Positions 16,983-26,929 of a stretch of DNA of 64,000 bases are shown here, piece by piece. How positions within the stretch are numbered: position 1 is the first letter of the stretch; the number at the start of each line of letters is the position of its first letter. The stretch covers positions 145,095 through 209,094 of the forward strand of contig JASFLY010000003.1 of assembly GCA_050117845.1 (NCBI GenBank). Direction: 5' to 3'. Made by a program: the position numbers and the translations under genes. The notes beneath the pieces were generated by a model. It saw only the letters and a program-made list of their open reading frames with translations. It was not told the origin of the DNA and did not search any database. The stretch comes from Candidatus Zixiibacteriota bacterium (GTDB lineage Bacteria; RBG-13-66-14; B26-G2; WVWN01).

Positions 16983-18874
16983 GGCACGGATTTAACCCTG
17001 AGGGTCGGGGGAAGGAATTCGTCGATAAACTGCCGGTGCCATAATTCCAGGCAGAACAGGTTCCACACCTGCTTGCCCCCGACGCCGCTTTCGAAATAGC
17101 GATCGAGGAGGGACGTTACCGCCCGGGCGTCGAAATAGCCGCGGCCTAGCGCCTCGGGCGAAGCGACGGTGTCGTATACCCAATCCCGCCGATACTCCCG
17201 CAGCCATCGGTCCACCGGTACCTCGAACGCGCGTTTTGGCCGTTCGACGACGGGCCGGGGTAAAAGGTCACGGGCGAATTCCCGCAGGAGTTTCTTCGTT
17301 ATCCCGCGGCCCACGCGTTCCCGGTCGCTCAATTGGCTTACGTGCTCCACCAGAACGTGGTCGAGGAGAGGCACGCGGGCCTCGATGGCCGTGGCCATGC
17401 TGGCCTTATCCACCTTCATCAAAACGTCGTCGACGAGCCAGGTTTTCATGTCCGCGGCCGTGAGACGTTGGAGGGGGCTCCGCCCGGCCCCTGCCCGGAA
17501 GTAGTTTTCGTAAAGGCGAGCCGCCCGGCCTCCCGCCGTCGTCGCGGCGAAGTCCTCGGTAAAGAGGGCCCGGCGTTCGGCCTCCTGGAAAATACTCAAC
17601 CACGCCACGTTACGCGCCCAGGGCCGGGGAGCGGACGCGGCGAGCTTGGCGGCGTAACGCCACCACGGGTTGTCGGGCCGCCGGCCAGCAATTTCGCCGG
17701 CCGCGGCGGCGGCGACGTGCTTCGCGAACCCGGGAAGGTAGTGGTAGTAGTCGGCCGCGCGACTGAGGAGGTAACGGGGGTAGCCGGCGAACACTTCGTC
17801 GCCCCCCTCCCCCGTTACCAGTACGGACACGTGAGACTTCGCGTATTGGCAGATGAGGTAAGTGGCCCAGGCCGCGGCGTCGGCGATGGGCTCGTCCAGA
17901 TGCCAGATAACGCGGGGGATGGCCGCGAGGTCGTCGGGGCGCGCTTCCAGTTCGTGATACTCGTACGATAACGCCTCGGCGGTCGTCCGCGCGTATGCGG
18001 CCTCGCCCTCCTCCCCGGCGAAGCGGATGTGGAACGCGCGCACCGTCCCCGGGAGATACCGGCGAAGCAAGGCGGAAACGACGCTCGAGTCCAAACCGCC
18101 GCTTAGCAGCACGCCCACCGGGACGTCCGAAACCGTGCGGGTCTGCACGGCCTTGGCTATCAAATCGGGCACGTTTTCTTTCCCCGGGCCGTCGTTCGAG
18201 TGCCGCCCCGGCCCCCCGGGCGCCGGGACCTCCCAGTACCTGCTAACCCAACCGCCGTGGTGATTGATACGAAGCCAGTGGCCGCCGGGCAGTTTATATA
18301 TACCCTTGAAGAGCGTCTTGGGCGCCGGGACGTATTGCAGCGTTAGATGGTCCTCCAGGGCCTCGGCGTCGACCTCCCGGCTTACGCCGGGCGCCAGCAG
18401 GAGCGCCTTTATCTCCGAGGCGAAATAGAATCTGTCGCCGACCCAGGTGTAGTAGAGGGGCTTGACCCCCAACCGGTCGCGGGCGATGAAGAGCGTGTCG
18501 CCGTCCCAGAGCGCGAAGGCGAAAATGCCGCGTAGCTTGCTAACGCAATCGCGGCCCAACTCCTCGTAGAGGTGGACGATAACCTCGGTGTCCGAGACGG
18601 TGCGGAAATGGTGGCCGCGGCGCCGGAGTTCCGCGCTGAGTTCACGGTAGTTATAAATCTCGCCGTTCAGAACGACGGTTATACTGCCGTCCTCGTTCGA
18701 GATGGGCTGCCGGCCGCCCTCGAGGTCGATTATCTTCAGCCGCGTCATCCCGAGGCCCACCGGCCCGGCCGAGAAGGTCCCCCGGTCGTCGGGGCCGCGG
18801 TGATCCAGGGCCTCACACATCTCTTCCAGAAGGCCGTTCCGGCCGTCGTTGTAGTATCCGCAAATCCCGCACAT
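16964..18874 (-). CDS. asnB: Asparagine synthase (glutamine-hydrolysing) family amidotransferase
   Basis: MCGICG N-terminus, HRGPDD, NGEIYN, RDRLGVKPLYY, LSGGLDSS, GEGGDEVFAGY. Confidence 0.95.
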   Translation of the reverse strand: MCGICGYYNDGRNGLLEEMCEALDHRGPDDRGTFSAGPVGLGMTRLKIIDLEGGRQPISNEDGSITVVLNGEIYNYRELSAELRRRGHHFRTVSDTEVIVHLYEELGRDCVSKLRGIFAFALWDGDTLFIARDRLGVKPLYYTWVGDRFYFASEIKALLLAPGVSREVDAEALEDHLTLQYVPAPKTLFKGIYKLPGGHWLRINHHGGWVSRYWEVPAPGGPGRHSNDGPGKENVPDLIAKAVQTRTVSDVPVGVLLSGGLDSSVVSALLRRYLPGTVRAFHIRFAGEEGEAAYARTTAEALSYEYHELEARPDDLAAIPRVIWHLDEPIADAAAWATYLICQYAKSHVSVLVTGEGGDEVFAGYPRYLLSRAADYYHYLPGFAKHVAAAAAGEIAGRRPDNPWWRYAAKLAASAPRPWARNVAWLSIFQEAERRALFTEDFAATTAGGRAARLYENYFRAGAGRSPLQRLTAADMKTWLVDDVLMKVDKASMATAIEARVPLLDHVLVEHVSQLSDRERVGRGITKKLLREFARDLLPRPVVERPKRAFEVPVDRWLREYRRDWVYDTVASPEALGRGYFDARAVTSLLDRYFESGVGGKQVWNLFCLELWHRQFIDEFLPPTLRVKSVPCVISS

Positions 18875-18947
18875 ATAATATCCCTAACGTCTTCCTGAGA
18901 ACGCAAATAGCTTCCGTTTTTCTTCCCGACGGTAACAGGCCGGTATG

Positions 18948-20135
18948 TTAAAAAACGTCATAAGTAAATTCTCCGGGTTCGACCCGCGCCCTAGCCGAAA
19001 CCGCCGGCCGCCCCGTCGCAATAACACGTTCGAACGCCGCGGCGGCCCGGTCCCAGGTGAAGCGGCAGGCCGTCGCCCGGGCGCCCCGCTCCATCGAATG
19101 CCGGCGCTTCTCGTCCTCGAAGACGAGTTCCACCTTGGCGGCGATATCGCGGCCGTCGCGCTCGACGGCGAAGCCGTTGAACCCCTCGCACAAACAATCG
19201 TCGGCGCCGTTGACGCGGGAGAGGAGTACCGGCAGGCCGGAAGCCATCGCCTCCAGCGTGACCAAACTGAAGGCCTCGTAATAGGACGGCAATACGAAAA
19301 CGTCCGCACCTCGGTAAATCGCGGCCACGTCCTTGCGGGAACCCAGGAAGTGGACCCGCCGCCCCACGCCCACGTCTTCGGCCCGAGCTCGGTACGTCGC
19401 GTCGGGGCCTTTCCCGGCGATTACCAGATGGTAGCGCGAGGGCAGGAAGCGCACGGCCTCGATAGCGTGCGACAGCCCCTTGAGCCACCACAGGCCGCCG
19501 ACGAAGAGGACGACGCGGTCGTCCGCCGCGAGGCCCAGCGAATCCCGGAGCGCCGTTCTCGCCTCGTCCCGGCCGGTGTCGTTGAACTCGCCGCAGTCGA
19601 CGCCGTTGTAAACGACGTTAAGCCTTTCGCGTTCGACCCGCGGATAATAGGCCGACAGTTCGCGGGACGTTCCGCTCGAGACGCTGATAATCTCAGGACG
19701 CCGGCCGCGGAGCAGTCGTTTCTCGACCGCGCACGCGAGCGCGTACCACGCCTCCTCGCCCGCCCGCCTCGCCGGCCCCAGACGGACGCCGTTCCGCACC
19801 AGTTTGTGGAAAATGGCCCGCCGGCCGGCGTTGACGGTATGCACCACCATATAATCGGCGCCCAGCGTGTTTATACCCTGGCCGATGACGGCGTCGAACT
19901 TCATCCGCTTGATCATCAACGTACTCAGGAGGGCGAAGGCCGGAACGCGGACGAGGGTCGGAAGGTCCGGCACGGGGACGCGGTGCCACGTTACGCCGGC
20001 GCCCTCGATGCCTTCGGCCGTCGCGGCGAAGACGTGGACGTCGTGCCTCGGGGCGAGCCGTGTCGCCAGTTCGTAGACCACGCGTTCGGTGCCGCCGCGC
20101 TTGTGAACGTCCTCGCATACGAGCGCGAGTTTCAT
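18948..20135 (-). CDS. Glycosyltransferase family 4
   Basis: True start MKLALVCED at 20135 (ATGA overlap with the upstream stop); GGTER, EAFSLVTLEAMASGLPV. Confidence 0.9.
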   Translation of the reverse strand: MKLALVCEDVHKRGGTERVVYELATRLAPRHDVHVFAATAEGIEGAGVTWHRVPVPDLPTLVRVPAFALLSTLMIKRMKFDAVIGQGINTLGADYMVVHTVNAGRRAIFHKLVRNGVRLGPARRAGEEAWYALACAVEKRLLRGRRPEIISVSSGTSRELSAYYPRVERERLNVVYNGVDCGEFNDTGRDEARTALRDSLGLAADDRVVLFVGGLWWLKGLSHAIEAVRFLPSRYHLVIAGKGPDATYRARAEDVGVGRRVHFLGSRKDVAAIYRGADVFVLPSYYEAFSLVTLEAMASGLPVLLSRVNGADDCLCEGFNGFAVERDGRDIAAKVELVFEDEKRRHSMERGARATACRFTWDRAAAAFERVIATGRPAVSARARVEPGEFTYDVF

Positions 20136-21586
20136 TTTTCCTCCGACTCCTCCGGCCTCGTTAAAAACGACGCCGCTCCCGCCATCAACCAATAGCAAAC
20201 TGGCGACAGGCCGGTGTAGAGCGGCATCCCGGTAAGCATCGGCAATAGCATCGACAGGCAAAACGCGAACACGAACAGGGTTCGCCAATTCCGGTCCCAA
20301 TCGACCCGGCCCAACTGGAAAAGCCGCGCCGGGACGGCCAATAAAGTCGTTACGAACAAAAGCAGGCCCGGCCACCCGAGCGAAACGAGTGCCGCGCCGT
20401 AACCGTTTTCTATGAACTTGAAACCGGAGGACCAGCCCTGCCCCGCGAAGATGCGCCCCACCTTCGCGGACGCCGTGATGCCCAGGCCGAAGGGATGTCC
20501 CTCTACCAGTTCGACGGCCCTGAACCAATCCCAGGATATCCGGGCCAACGTGTACTGGTAGTTCGTGAAGACAAGCGTCAGGCGGTACAGGTAAACGCCC
20601 CGCGACATAAGCAGTACGACGACGATGCCGGCCAAAAGGCTCAAGGCCACGGCCACGAGTTCCTTCCGCCGTCGACACCACAGGCCGAAGACGGCCACGC
20701 TGAGGAGGACGGGTACGTACGTCGTACGACTGCCAGTGAAGGCCAGCGCGGCGAAGAACAACCCGAGCGACGCGATGAGGATTACTTTATATCCCGGCTT
20801 TTTAACGTTCGTTATAAACGCGACGGCGATGACGATGGCGACGTGCATGGCGGCCGCCAGCTCGGCCGGCACGCTGAACGTCGAGAAGACGCGGCGTCGC
20901 AGCGCCTGATCGACGTCCATCCCGTACCACTGGCCGAAGGCCGCGATGTGTTTATAATGGGGGGATACGGCGAAGAGATGGTCGAAGCCGACCCAATATT
21001 GAATAACGCCGTAAATCCCGGTAACCGCGGCCGCGCCCAAAAAGACGTAGCACAGTCGGTCGAAACGACGCCGCGAATTGATTACGTCGGCCCCCACGAA
21101 GAACAGCGGGATATTAGCGAGCCACCACCGGGCGCCGCCCAAACGGTAGAGGAGCGGGTCGGGCGTGAAGGGGATTATCGTTACGACCAGGGTGTAGAAT
21201 ACGAACGCGCCGACGACGAGTGAGATAGGTTTGTCGTAGCGGCCCCGCAGGCCTCGGGCCAATGGGTATTTCACAAACCACACCAGATATATAACGGTCA
21301 AGAAGATGTCCCTCAAGAAGAACGTTACCGGGTAGGGGTACGCATTCTTAACCATACCCTCGACGAACATGAACGCGACGAATGCCGTCACGAAGATGTA
21401 GAGCCGCCTCGCCGCCAATAAAAGGCCCCCGAGGCCCAGGCCGCTAAGTATTATGGTGTTGGACGTCGCCGGCCATACTATAGCGACTGAAGCGGCCGCG
21501 GCCGCGGCGCAGGCGACGGCTATAACCAGTAAACCCGGCCTGCTCCCGCCACGGTAGTCATCCCGACTGGAAATCGCGTGTTCCAC
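20132..21586 (-). CDS. O-antigen ligase/polymerase (Wzy/WaaL-like) membrane protein
   Basis: Many TM segments; RVFSTF, FTGSRT, HPFGLG, ENGY motifs; polysaccharide operon context. Confidence 0.8.
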   Translation of the reverse strand: MEHAISSRDDYRGGSRPGLLVIAVACAAAAAASVAIVWPATSNTIILSGLGLGGLLLAARRLYIFVTAFVAFMFVEGMVKNAYPYPVTFFLRDIFLTVIYLVWFVKYPLARGLRGRYDKPISLVVGAFVFYTLVVTIIPFTPDPLLYRLGGARWWLANIPLFFVGADVINSRRRFDRLCYVFLGAAAVTGIYGVIQYWVGFDHLFAVSPHYKHIAAFGQWYGMDVDQALRRRVFSTFSVPAELAAAMHVAIVIAVAFITNVKKPGYKVILIASLGLFFAALAFTGSRTTYVPVLLSVAVFGLWCRRRKELVAVALSLLAGIVVVLLMSRGVYLYRLTLVFTNYQYTLARISWDWFRAVELVEGHPFGLGITASAKVGRIFAGQGWSSGFKFIENGYGAALVSLGWPGLLLFVTTLLAVPARLFQLGRVDWDRNWRTLFVFAFCLSMLLPMLTGMPLYTGLSPVCYWLMAGAASFLTRPEESEEK

Positions 21587-21711
21587 TTTCGCCGGATTAC
21601 CCTTTCTTCAAAACGATGCTGCTAATTCGCTCGATATCGTTTTATACGGGGCGCCTTGCCGTAGCGCATTAACGTGTTCACCAACCGAGTTCGCGTCCAC
21701 GGCCCGCTCAA

Positions 21712-23652
21712 TCACAAGTACCCCAGGTCCCGGATTTGGCCTTTGGTATCGTCCGATATCACCGGCACGGCGCCCGCCTTGACCTTTTCGACATCGGCCG
21801 TAACCGCCGCCGTCCAACCGTCGAGTTCCCGCTTAAGGCGCTCAAACGTCGCCGGCTTGGTCGCCGCGATGTTTTCTTTTTCCCCTCCGTCGTTCTCGCG
21901 GTCGAATAACAGGTAAACGTCGCCGTCGTGGATTAGGGTGTATCGCTCGTCGCGGACCGACCGGTATTCCGGATGCAACGAAGCGCCGTCGGCGAAGACG
22001 CAACGGTTTGTTATACCCGACTCCGACAGACGAAACAGGTTCTCGCCGGGGAGCCCTTCCGGCGCCTCCACGCCCGCCAACGCCAATACGGTAGGTGCGA
22101 CGTCGATCATGTTAACGTTAAGGCCGATCCGCCTCGGCTCGAGGCCCGCGTCCGGAACGCGCATCGCGAAGGGGACGGCGAATAATTCAGTATAATGGGA
22201 GGGCCCCTGGTCGCCGTGGCCGAACTTCCCGTGTTCGAAGAACTCCTCTCCGTGATCGGCCGTCACGATAACGACCGTCCTCCCGGCCAGGCCCGTCTCG
22301 TTGAGCGCATTTAAAATAACGCCGAGTTGTTCGTCCACGTATTCCGTTTCGGCCCGGTACAGGTGGCGCAGCATGGCTTCGTCTTCCGGCACGTAGTCGG
22401 AAATATCCCCCGGGCGCCGGTGGTTGGTGGTTTCGATGAAGAGTTCGACCTCGGCGTCGCCCCGATACGGTTCCCCGATTAACTCCTCGGGGGGATTATA
22501 GGGATAATGGGGGTCCAGGTAGTGAAGCCACAAGAAAAACGGCCTCGCGTCGTCGTCGCGGATGGACCGTAGCGCCTTCGCCGTCAACGTCGCCGTCGTA
22601 TCTTCGAAGAGGTACTTGTAAAGGAATTTCTCGGTGAACCTATTGACTACCTGTATCAACGCCGCTTCGCGGAAAGCGCCGGTCGCGGGCGCGTCGTACG
22701 GCCCGGAGAACTTCTCGAAACCCCTGATAAACCCGTGTCCGGGAGTAATGACCGGCGTCGCGACTATGGCTTCCGTACGGTAACCGTTTTCGTGCAACAA
22801 CTCCGGCAAGGTCCGGACCGAAGGCGTACAAGAAGCTTCCCACGTCGCCCCGTGGACCGAGGGGTACCGGCCGGTTAACATCGTCATCATCGACGGTACG
22901 GTCCAGGGCGCGTTGCTATAAAAACGATCGAAGACCAACGACTCATCGGCGAAAGCGTCGAAGTTGGGCGTTCGAACCGCCACGTCGCCGTAATACGAGA
23001 CGCCGTCGCGTCGGAGCGTATCGATGGTGATAATCACGAAATTGGGGCGGCTCCCCGGCCCGGCGTCGGCGTTACCCGTTGGCCAGGCGGCCACCGCGAC
23101 CACGCCCGCCATGGCCACGACGCCGCCCAATATACAACCGCCGTTATAAAGAACCGGCCAAGGGCGGAACCGAGCCACGAGCCGGCGGCCCCGCGTTCCT
23201 ATGACGTAAAAGGCCGCCGTCAACGGGATTACGGACGCGGCGAGTAAACCGTTCCATAAATACCCCCCCTTAGCGCCGATGGGCGGGAAGACGTAAGTAT
23301 TCAACGGCAGGGACGCGTACAGCAAAACGACGAACGCCAAGGAGAACGCCACCGCCAGCGAACCCGGGGTAGCCTCTCCGGCTGGTCGCTTCCGGATTAA
23401 TAACAACAAGCTAAACCCTACCCAGGCCGCGACGCCGACGCCCGAAATTACGACGAAGGCAGCCGCGGCGTTCTGGAAAAAAGCCGCCGGGAAGGACAGA
23501 CAGGCCGGAAACGCGCGGTCCGCAATATCGTCGGCAACGAATACGCCGACGACGCCCGCAAGGACGCTCCAAAACCATACGTTTTTCGCGGACGATAAAA
23601 CCGTCTCCGCGAACCGCTTTACCCTCGTCGAATCGGCCTTTACCCTATTCAT
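21712..23652 (-). CDS. Membrane-anchored sulfatase-like hydrolase/transferase (alkaline phosphatase superfamily)
   Basis: N-terminal TMs, PNFVIITIDTLRRD, APWTVPS, LHYLDPHYPY, TADHGEEF.EHG; GAGGAG RBS before ATG 23652. Confidence 0.88.
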   Translation of the reverse strand: MNRVKADSTRVKRFAETVLSSAKNVWFWSVLAGVVGVFVADDIADRAFPACLSFPAAFFQNAAAAFVVISGVGVAAWVGFSLLLLIRKRPAGEATPGSLAVAFSLAFVVLLYASLPLNTYVFPPIGAKGGYLWNGLLAASVIPLTAAFYVIGTRGRRLVARFRPWPVLYNGGCILGGVVAMAGVVAVAAWPTGNADAGPGSRPNFVIITIDTLRRDGVSYYGDVAVRTPNFDAFADESLVFDRFYSNAPWTVPSMMTMLTGRYPSVHGATWEASCTPSVRTLPELLHENGYRTEAIVATPVITPGHGFIRGFEKFSGPYDAPATGAFREAALIQVVNRFTEKFLYKYLFEDTTATLTAKALRSIRDDDARPFFLWLHYLDPHYPYNPPEELIGEPYRGDAEVELFIETTNHRRPGDISDYVPEDEAMLRHLYRAETEYVDEQLGVILNALNETGLAGRTVVIVTADHGEEFFEHGKFGHGDQGPSHYTELFAVPFAMRVPDAGLEPRRIGLNVNMIDVAPTVLALAGVEAPEGLPGENLFRLSESGITNRCVFADGASLHPEYRSVRDERYTLIHDGDVYLLFDRENDGGEKENIAATKPATFERLKRELDGWTAAVTADVEKVKAGAVPVISDDTKGQIRDLGYL

Positions 23653-23704
23653 CACGTTACTCCTCGTGGCGACGAGTGCCACGCCGTCGTCGCGCGGCTC
23701 GACC

Positions 23705-24871
23705 TTACAACGCCTCCGCTACGCGAACGAAGACCTCCCGGTCCCACTGCTCGGCGATGCGGGGCCAGGCGAAGTACTCGTCGAACGTGGCCCGCGCCCG
23801 TTCTCCCATCGTACGGCGCAGCGCGTCGTTCCCGGCCAACCGCTCCACCGCGGTGGCCAGGGACGAAGCGTCGCCTTCGGGCACGACGATTATGTTGTCG
23901 CCGTCACGGAAGACGTCCTCCCGCTCCCGGCCGTCGTATGCCACGACCGGCAAGCCGTGGGCGTACGCGGCGATCAGCGATCCCCGGCGGCCGGACGGTC
24001 CGGCGGCCTCCGGCGAGACGAAGATATCGCTACGAGCCAGGTATCCCGAAACCGCGCCCGCCGACAAGGGCCCCGTTATCTCGACGCGGCCTTCAAGGCC
24101 GAGCTCGGCGGCCAAACGGCGGATCCGCTCGACGCGGCGCTCTTCGTTGCCGTAACCGCCGACGAGGAAAAGACGCAACGGCCGCGGCGACGTAACCGCG
24201 CTGACGGCGTGTACCAATTCCTCGATCGCCCGGTCCTGGTTCCACAGGCCGAACGACGTGATATACAATTCTTCTCTGTCTCGGGACGCCCGGCTCCTGA
24301 TGCGGGCCGCCGGGATATTCGTGCCCACCGGAATCCTCGTTACTCTCTTCGAGTCGACGCCCGGCAACTCGCGCAGAAGCCGCTCGCGATACGAGTTCGT
24401 GACGACGGCCGACGCACAGCCCCAGACCGCCGCCTCGTAACACTTCCGGGACATCCACGAGAGTACGGTCCCTTTGACGCCGGAGCGCCGCGGCCTGTAT
24501 ATCTCGTGCACGTTCAGTATCAACGGCCGTCCCACCCGGCGGCGAAACGCGTCGAAGAAAGCGACGAGCCAGGGCGCCACGCCGCCGCGGCCGTACATAA
24601 AGACGACGAATTCCAACACGTAGACGTCGGCCCCCACCGTCCGCAGGGCGCGGATAAGCGCGGGGAGGTGCCGCAGGTTCCATTTATTAATAACGGGTAG
24701 GACTTGTCGAGGTCGCCCTTCGCCGCGGGAAGCTTTAACACCACGTCCCGCGGACGTGACCACCGTGACGCCGTGCCCCCGGGCCGCCACTTCCCCCGAC
24801 AGGTACCGTACGTAGTCGCCCACGCCGCCAATTTGCGGGGGGTACTCGGCAGTTATGTAACAAATATCCAT
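23705..24871 (-). CDS. Glycosyltransferase family 4
   Basis: EYPPQIGGVGDY, RRGSLIAAYAHGLPVV. Confidence 0.88.
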   Translation of the reverse strand: MDICYITAEYPPQIGGVGDYVRYLSGEVAARGHGVTVVTSAGRGVKASRGEGRPRQVLPVINKWNLRHLPALIRALRTVGADVYVLEFVVFMYGRGGVAPWLVAFFDAFRRRVGRPLILNVHEIYRPRRSGVKGTVLSWMSRKCYEAAVWGCASAVVTNSYRERLLRELPGVDSKRVTRIPVGTNIPAARIRSRASRDREELYITSFGLWNQDRAIEELVHAVSAVTSPRPLRLFLVGGYGNEERRVERIRRLAAELGLEGRVEITGPLSAGAVSGYLARSDIFVSPEAAGPSGRRGSLIAAYAHGLPVVAYDGREREDVFRDGDNIIVVPEGDASSLATAVERLAGNDALRRTMGERARATFDEYFAWPRIAEQWDREVFVRVAEAL

Positions 24872-24896
24872 TTATCCCCGTTTATCCCGCCGGCTG

Positions 24897-25727
24897 TTAA
24901 CGCCCCGACACGCGGAGGACGTAGAACACCTGGGAATTGAGAAACCGGCCCAAACAAGAGAACGGTGAAAAAGTCCGATTAACGATATCGAAGTCCATCT
25001 CCGCGAACTTACGCTCCAGAATCCGGAAATCGAAGCCGACGTGCGACAGGATATACGAACCGTCGCCCCGCCGGGCGACCGGGAGCCCCAGGAAGGACCG
25101 GGCCACGGTCGCCGGCGTCGTGTTCTCGTGGGCCTGGCCCAGAATCACGCGGGCGCAGTTCTTTAAAAGCGAGGCGAGGCCCACTTCCAACGGTACCGAT
25201 ATTATTGCAATACCGTTTTTCGCCAGGAGCCGCTTTATATTCTCCAGCGCTTTTTCCAAACTGGATTCTTCGAGGTGTTCCAATACCTCCAGACAGGTTA
25301 TTTTTTCGAATGACCCGTTGTCCATTATAGATAGGTCATCGGTGAAACGTATCCCGCGAGTGGCGCCCGTAAATGTCTTGTTTACCTTATAATCCGACCA
25401 CAGCGGGTCGTAACCGTACGCCCGTATCTTCGCCCCCGCGCCGTTAAGCAACTCGAGGAAATATCCGTCCGAACACCCGTAGTCCAGTATCCGTTCGCCG
25501 TTCCGGGGGGCGACCAGTTCTACCGCCTTCTTGAAGCGGGCGGAATGGGCGAATCTCTTGAGGGCGGACCGATTGTCGGTGGTCCACTCGGCCGGTTTCA
25601 TCGTCGCGATATATTCCGCTTCATCCATAATTCGACCGTCGAGACGCGCCGCTCCGTCGCCGTCTTCCGCGGCGGCCGCCGTGGAAGCGTTGAGGATTTG
25701 AGCGGCGACATCGTCCGAATACATCAT
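24897..25727 (-). CDS. Class I SAM-dependent methyltransferase
   Basis: ILDYGCSDG, CLEVLEHL, IISVP. Confidence 0.88.
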   Translation of the reverse strand: MMYSDDVAAQILNASTAAAAEDGDGAARLDGRIMDEAEYIATMKPAEWTTDNRSALKRFAHSARFKKAVELVAPRNGERILDYGCSDGYFLELLNGAGAKIRAYGYDPLWSDYKVNKTFTGATRGIRFTDDLSIMDNGSFEKITCLEVLEHLEESSLEKALENIKRLLAKNGIAIISVPLEVGLASLLKNCARVILGQAHENTTPATVARSFLGLPVARRGDGSYILSHVGFDFRILERKFAEMDFDIVNRTFSPFSCLGRFLNSQVFYVLRVSGR

Positions 25728-26929
25728 GGCTGCCCGCGCTTCCGCCGCCCGGCGCGTTCGTACACGGCGAGCGTCGCGTCCACGTGGCGGCCCAACGAAT
25801 ACTCCCCGACGGCCATTCGGCCGGCGGCCCCCATCGCCCCAGCTCTATCCGGGTCCTCCAAAAGTAGATTTAATTTCGCCGCCAGGTCTTTGGGGTCGGC
25901 CGACCTCGCCAGAAGGCCCACTTCACCGTCGGCCAGCCATTCCGGAATCCCGCCGACGCGGTACGCCACGACGGGCCGGCCGTGGCTCAACGCCTCCACG
26001 CCGACGTTCCCGAAAGCCTCCGGGCAGAGCGACGGCAGGGCCACGACGTGCGCCCGGCGGTAGAGTTCCGCCATCTCCTCGTAGCGGACCCACCCGGTGA
26101 AGCGCACCCGGCCGTTCAACCCCATCCGGCCGGCGAGCGATTTCAGATTATCCAGTTGCGGGCCGTCGCCGACGAGGGTGAGCGTTACAGCCTCCGGCAG
26201 CTTCGCCACCGCGGCGATTAGGTCGTCGAAGCCCTTTATATAGGACGCGCGGCCTACGGCGACGACGAGCGGCGGTCCGCCGTTCGCCGGGGCCGACTCC
26301 GGCGGGACGTCCACGGGCGGCGGAATGACGCGTACTAGGCTACCGTCCTGGCCGGCCGCGACGAGCATTTCCTTCATCCATTCGCTCGTGACGACGACGG
26401 CGCCCAGGCGCGCGTCCGCCCGACGGAAGGCGTAGCAGGCGGCGATCCTACGGACCATCTCGGCGGCGCCGATGCTTCCGCCGTCCTCGCGCCGGCCGCA
26501 CCCCCGACGGTTCCCGGCCGCGAGGCACCACCAGCCGAAAGGCCGGTCGCAAACGCGGCGATCCACGGGCCAGTACTTGGTTCCGGTCGGGCAATAGGTC
26601 CACGGCGTGTGCACCGTGCGTACCGTCGGGAAGGACTTGCTTACTTCAAGCACTACCCTCGGCGCGTCGAAATTCCGGAAGTGGACCACGTCCGGGTCGA
26701 AGCGGCCCAACGCGTCGGCGATATCGCGGAGCGCCGGTTTCCATCGGAACGGCGTCGCTTCGCGCACCGACGGGAAGAATACGCTACCCGGCTCGCCGGC
26801 GGCTTCGGCGTCGCCGTGGGCGACGAGGACGTCGTGGCCCTCGTCCCGCATCCGGTCGACGCAGCGCCGCATCGTCTTCTCGCTCCCGCCGACGATGCCG
26901 TACTTCTCGTTAATCTGGACGATCCTCAT
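25724..26929 (-). CDS. Glycosyltransferase family 4 with a Cys-rich insert
   Basis: Start MRIVQINE (ATGA overlap), GGSE, HTPWTYCPTG..C..C..C, EAFGNVGVEALSHG. Confidence 0.9.
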   Translation of the reverse strand: MRIVQINEKYGIVGGSEKTMRRCVDRMRDEGHDVLVAHGDAEAAGEPGSVFFPSVREATPFRWKPALRDIADALGRFDPDVVHFRNFDAPRVVLEVSKSFPTVRTVHTPWTYCPTGTKYWPVDRRVCDRPFGWWCLAAGNRRGCGRREDGGSIGAAEMVRRIAACYAFRRADARLGAVVVTSEWMKEMLVAAGQDGSLVRVIPPPVDVPPESAPANGGPPLVVAVGRASYIKGFDDLIAAVAKLPEAVTLTLVGDGPQLDNLKSLAGRMGLNGRVRFTGWVRYEEMAELYRRAHVVALPSLCPEAFGNVGVEALSHGRPVVAYRVGGIPEWLADGEVGLLARSADPKDLAAKLNLLLEDPDRAGAMGAAGRMAVGEYSLGRHVDATLAVYERAGRRKRGQP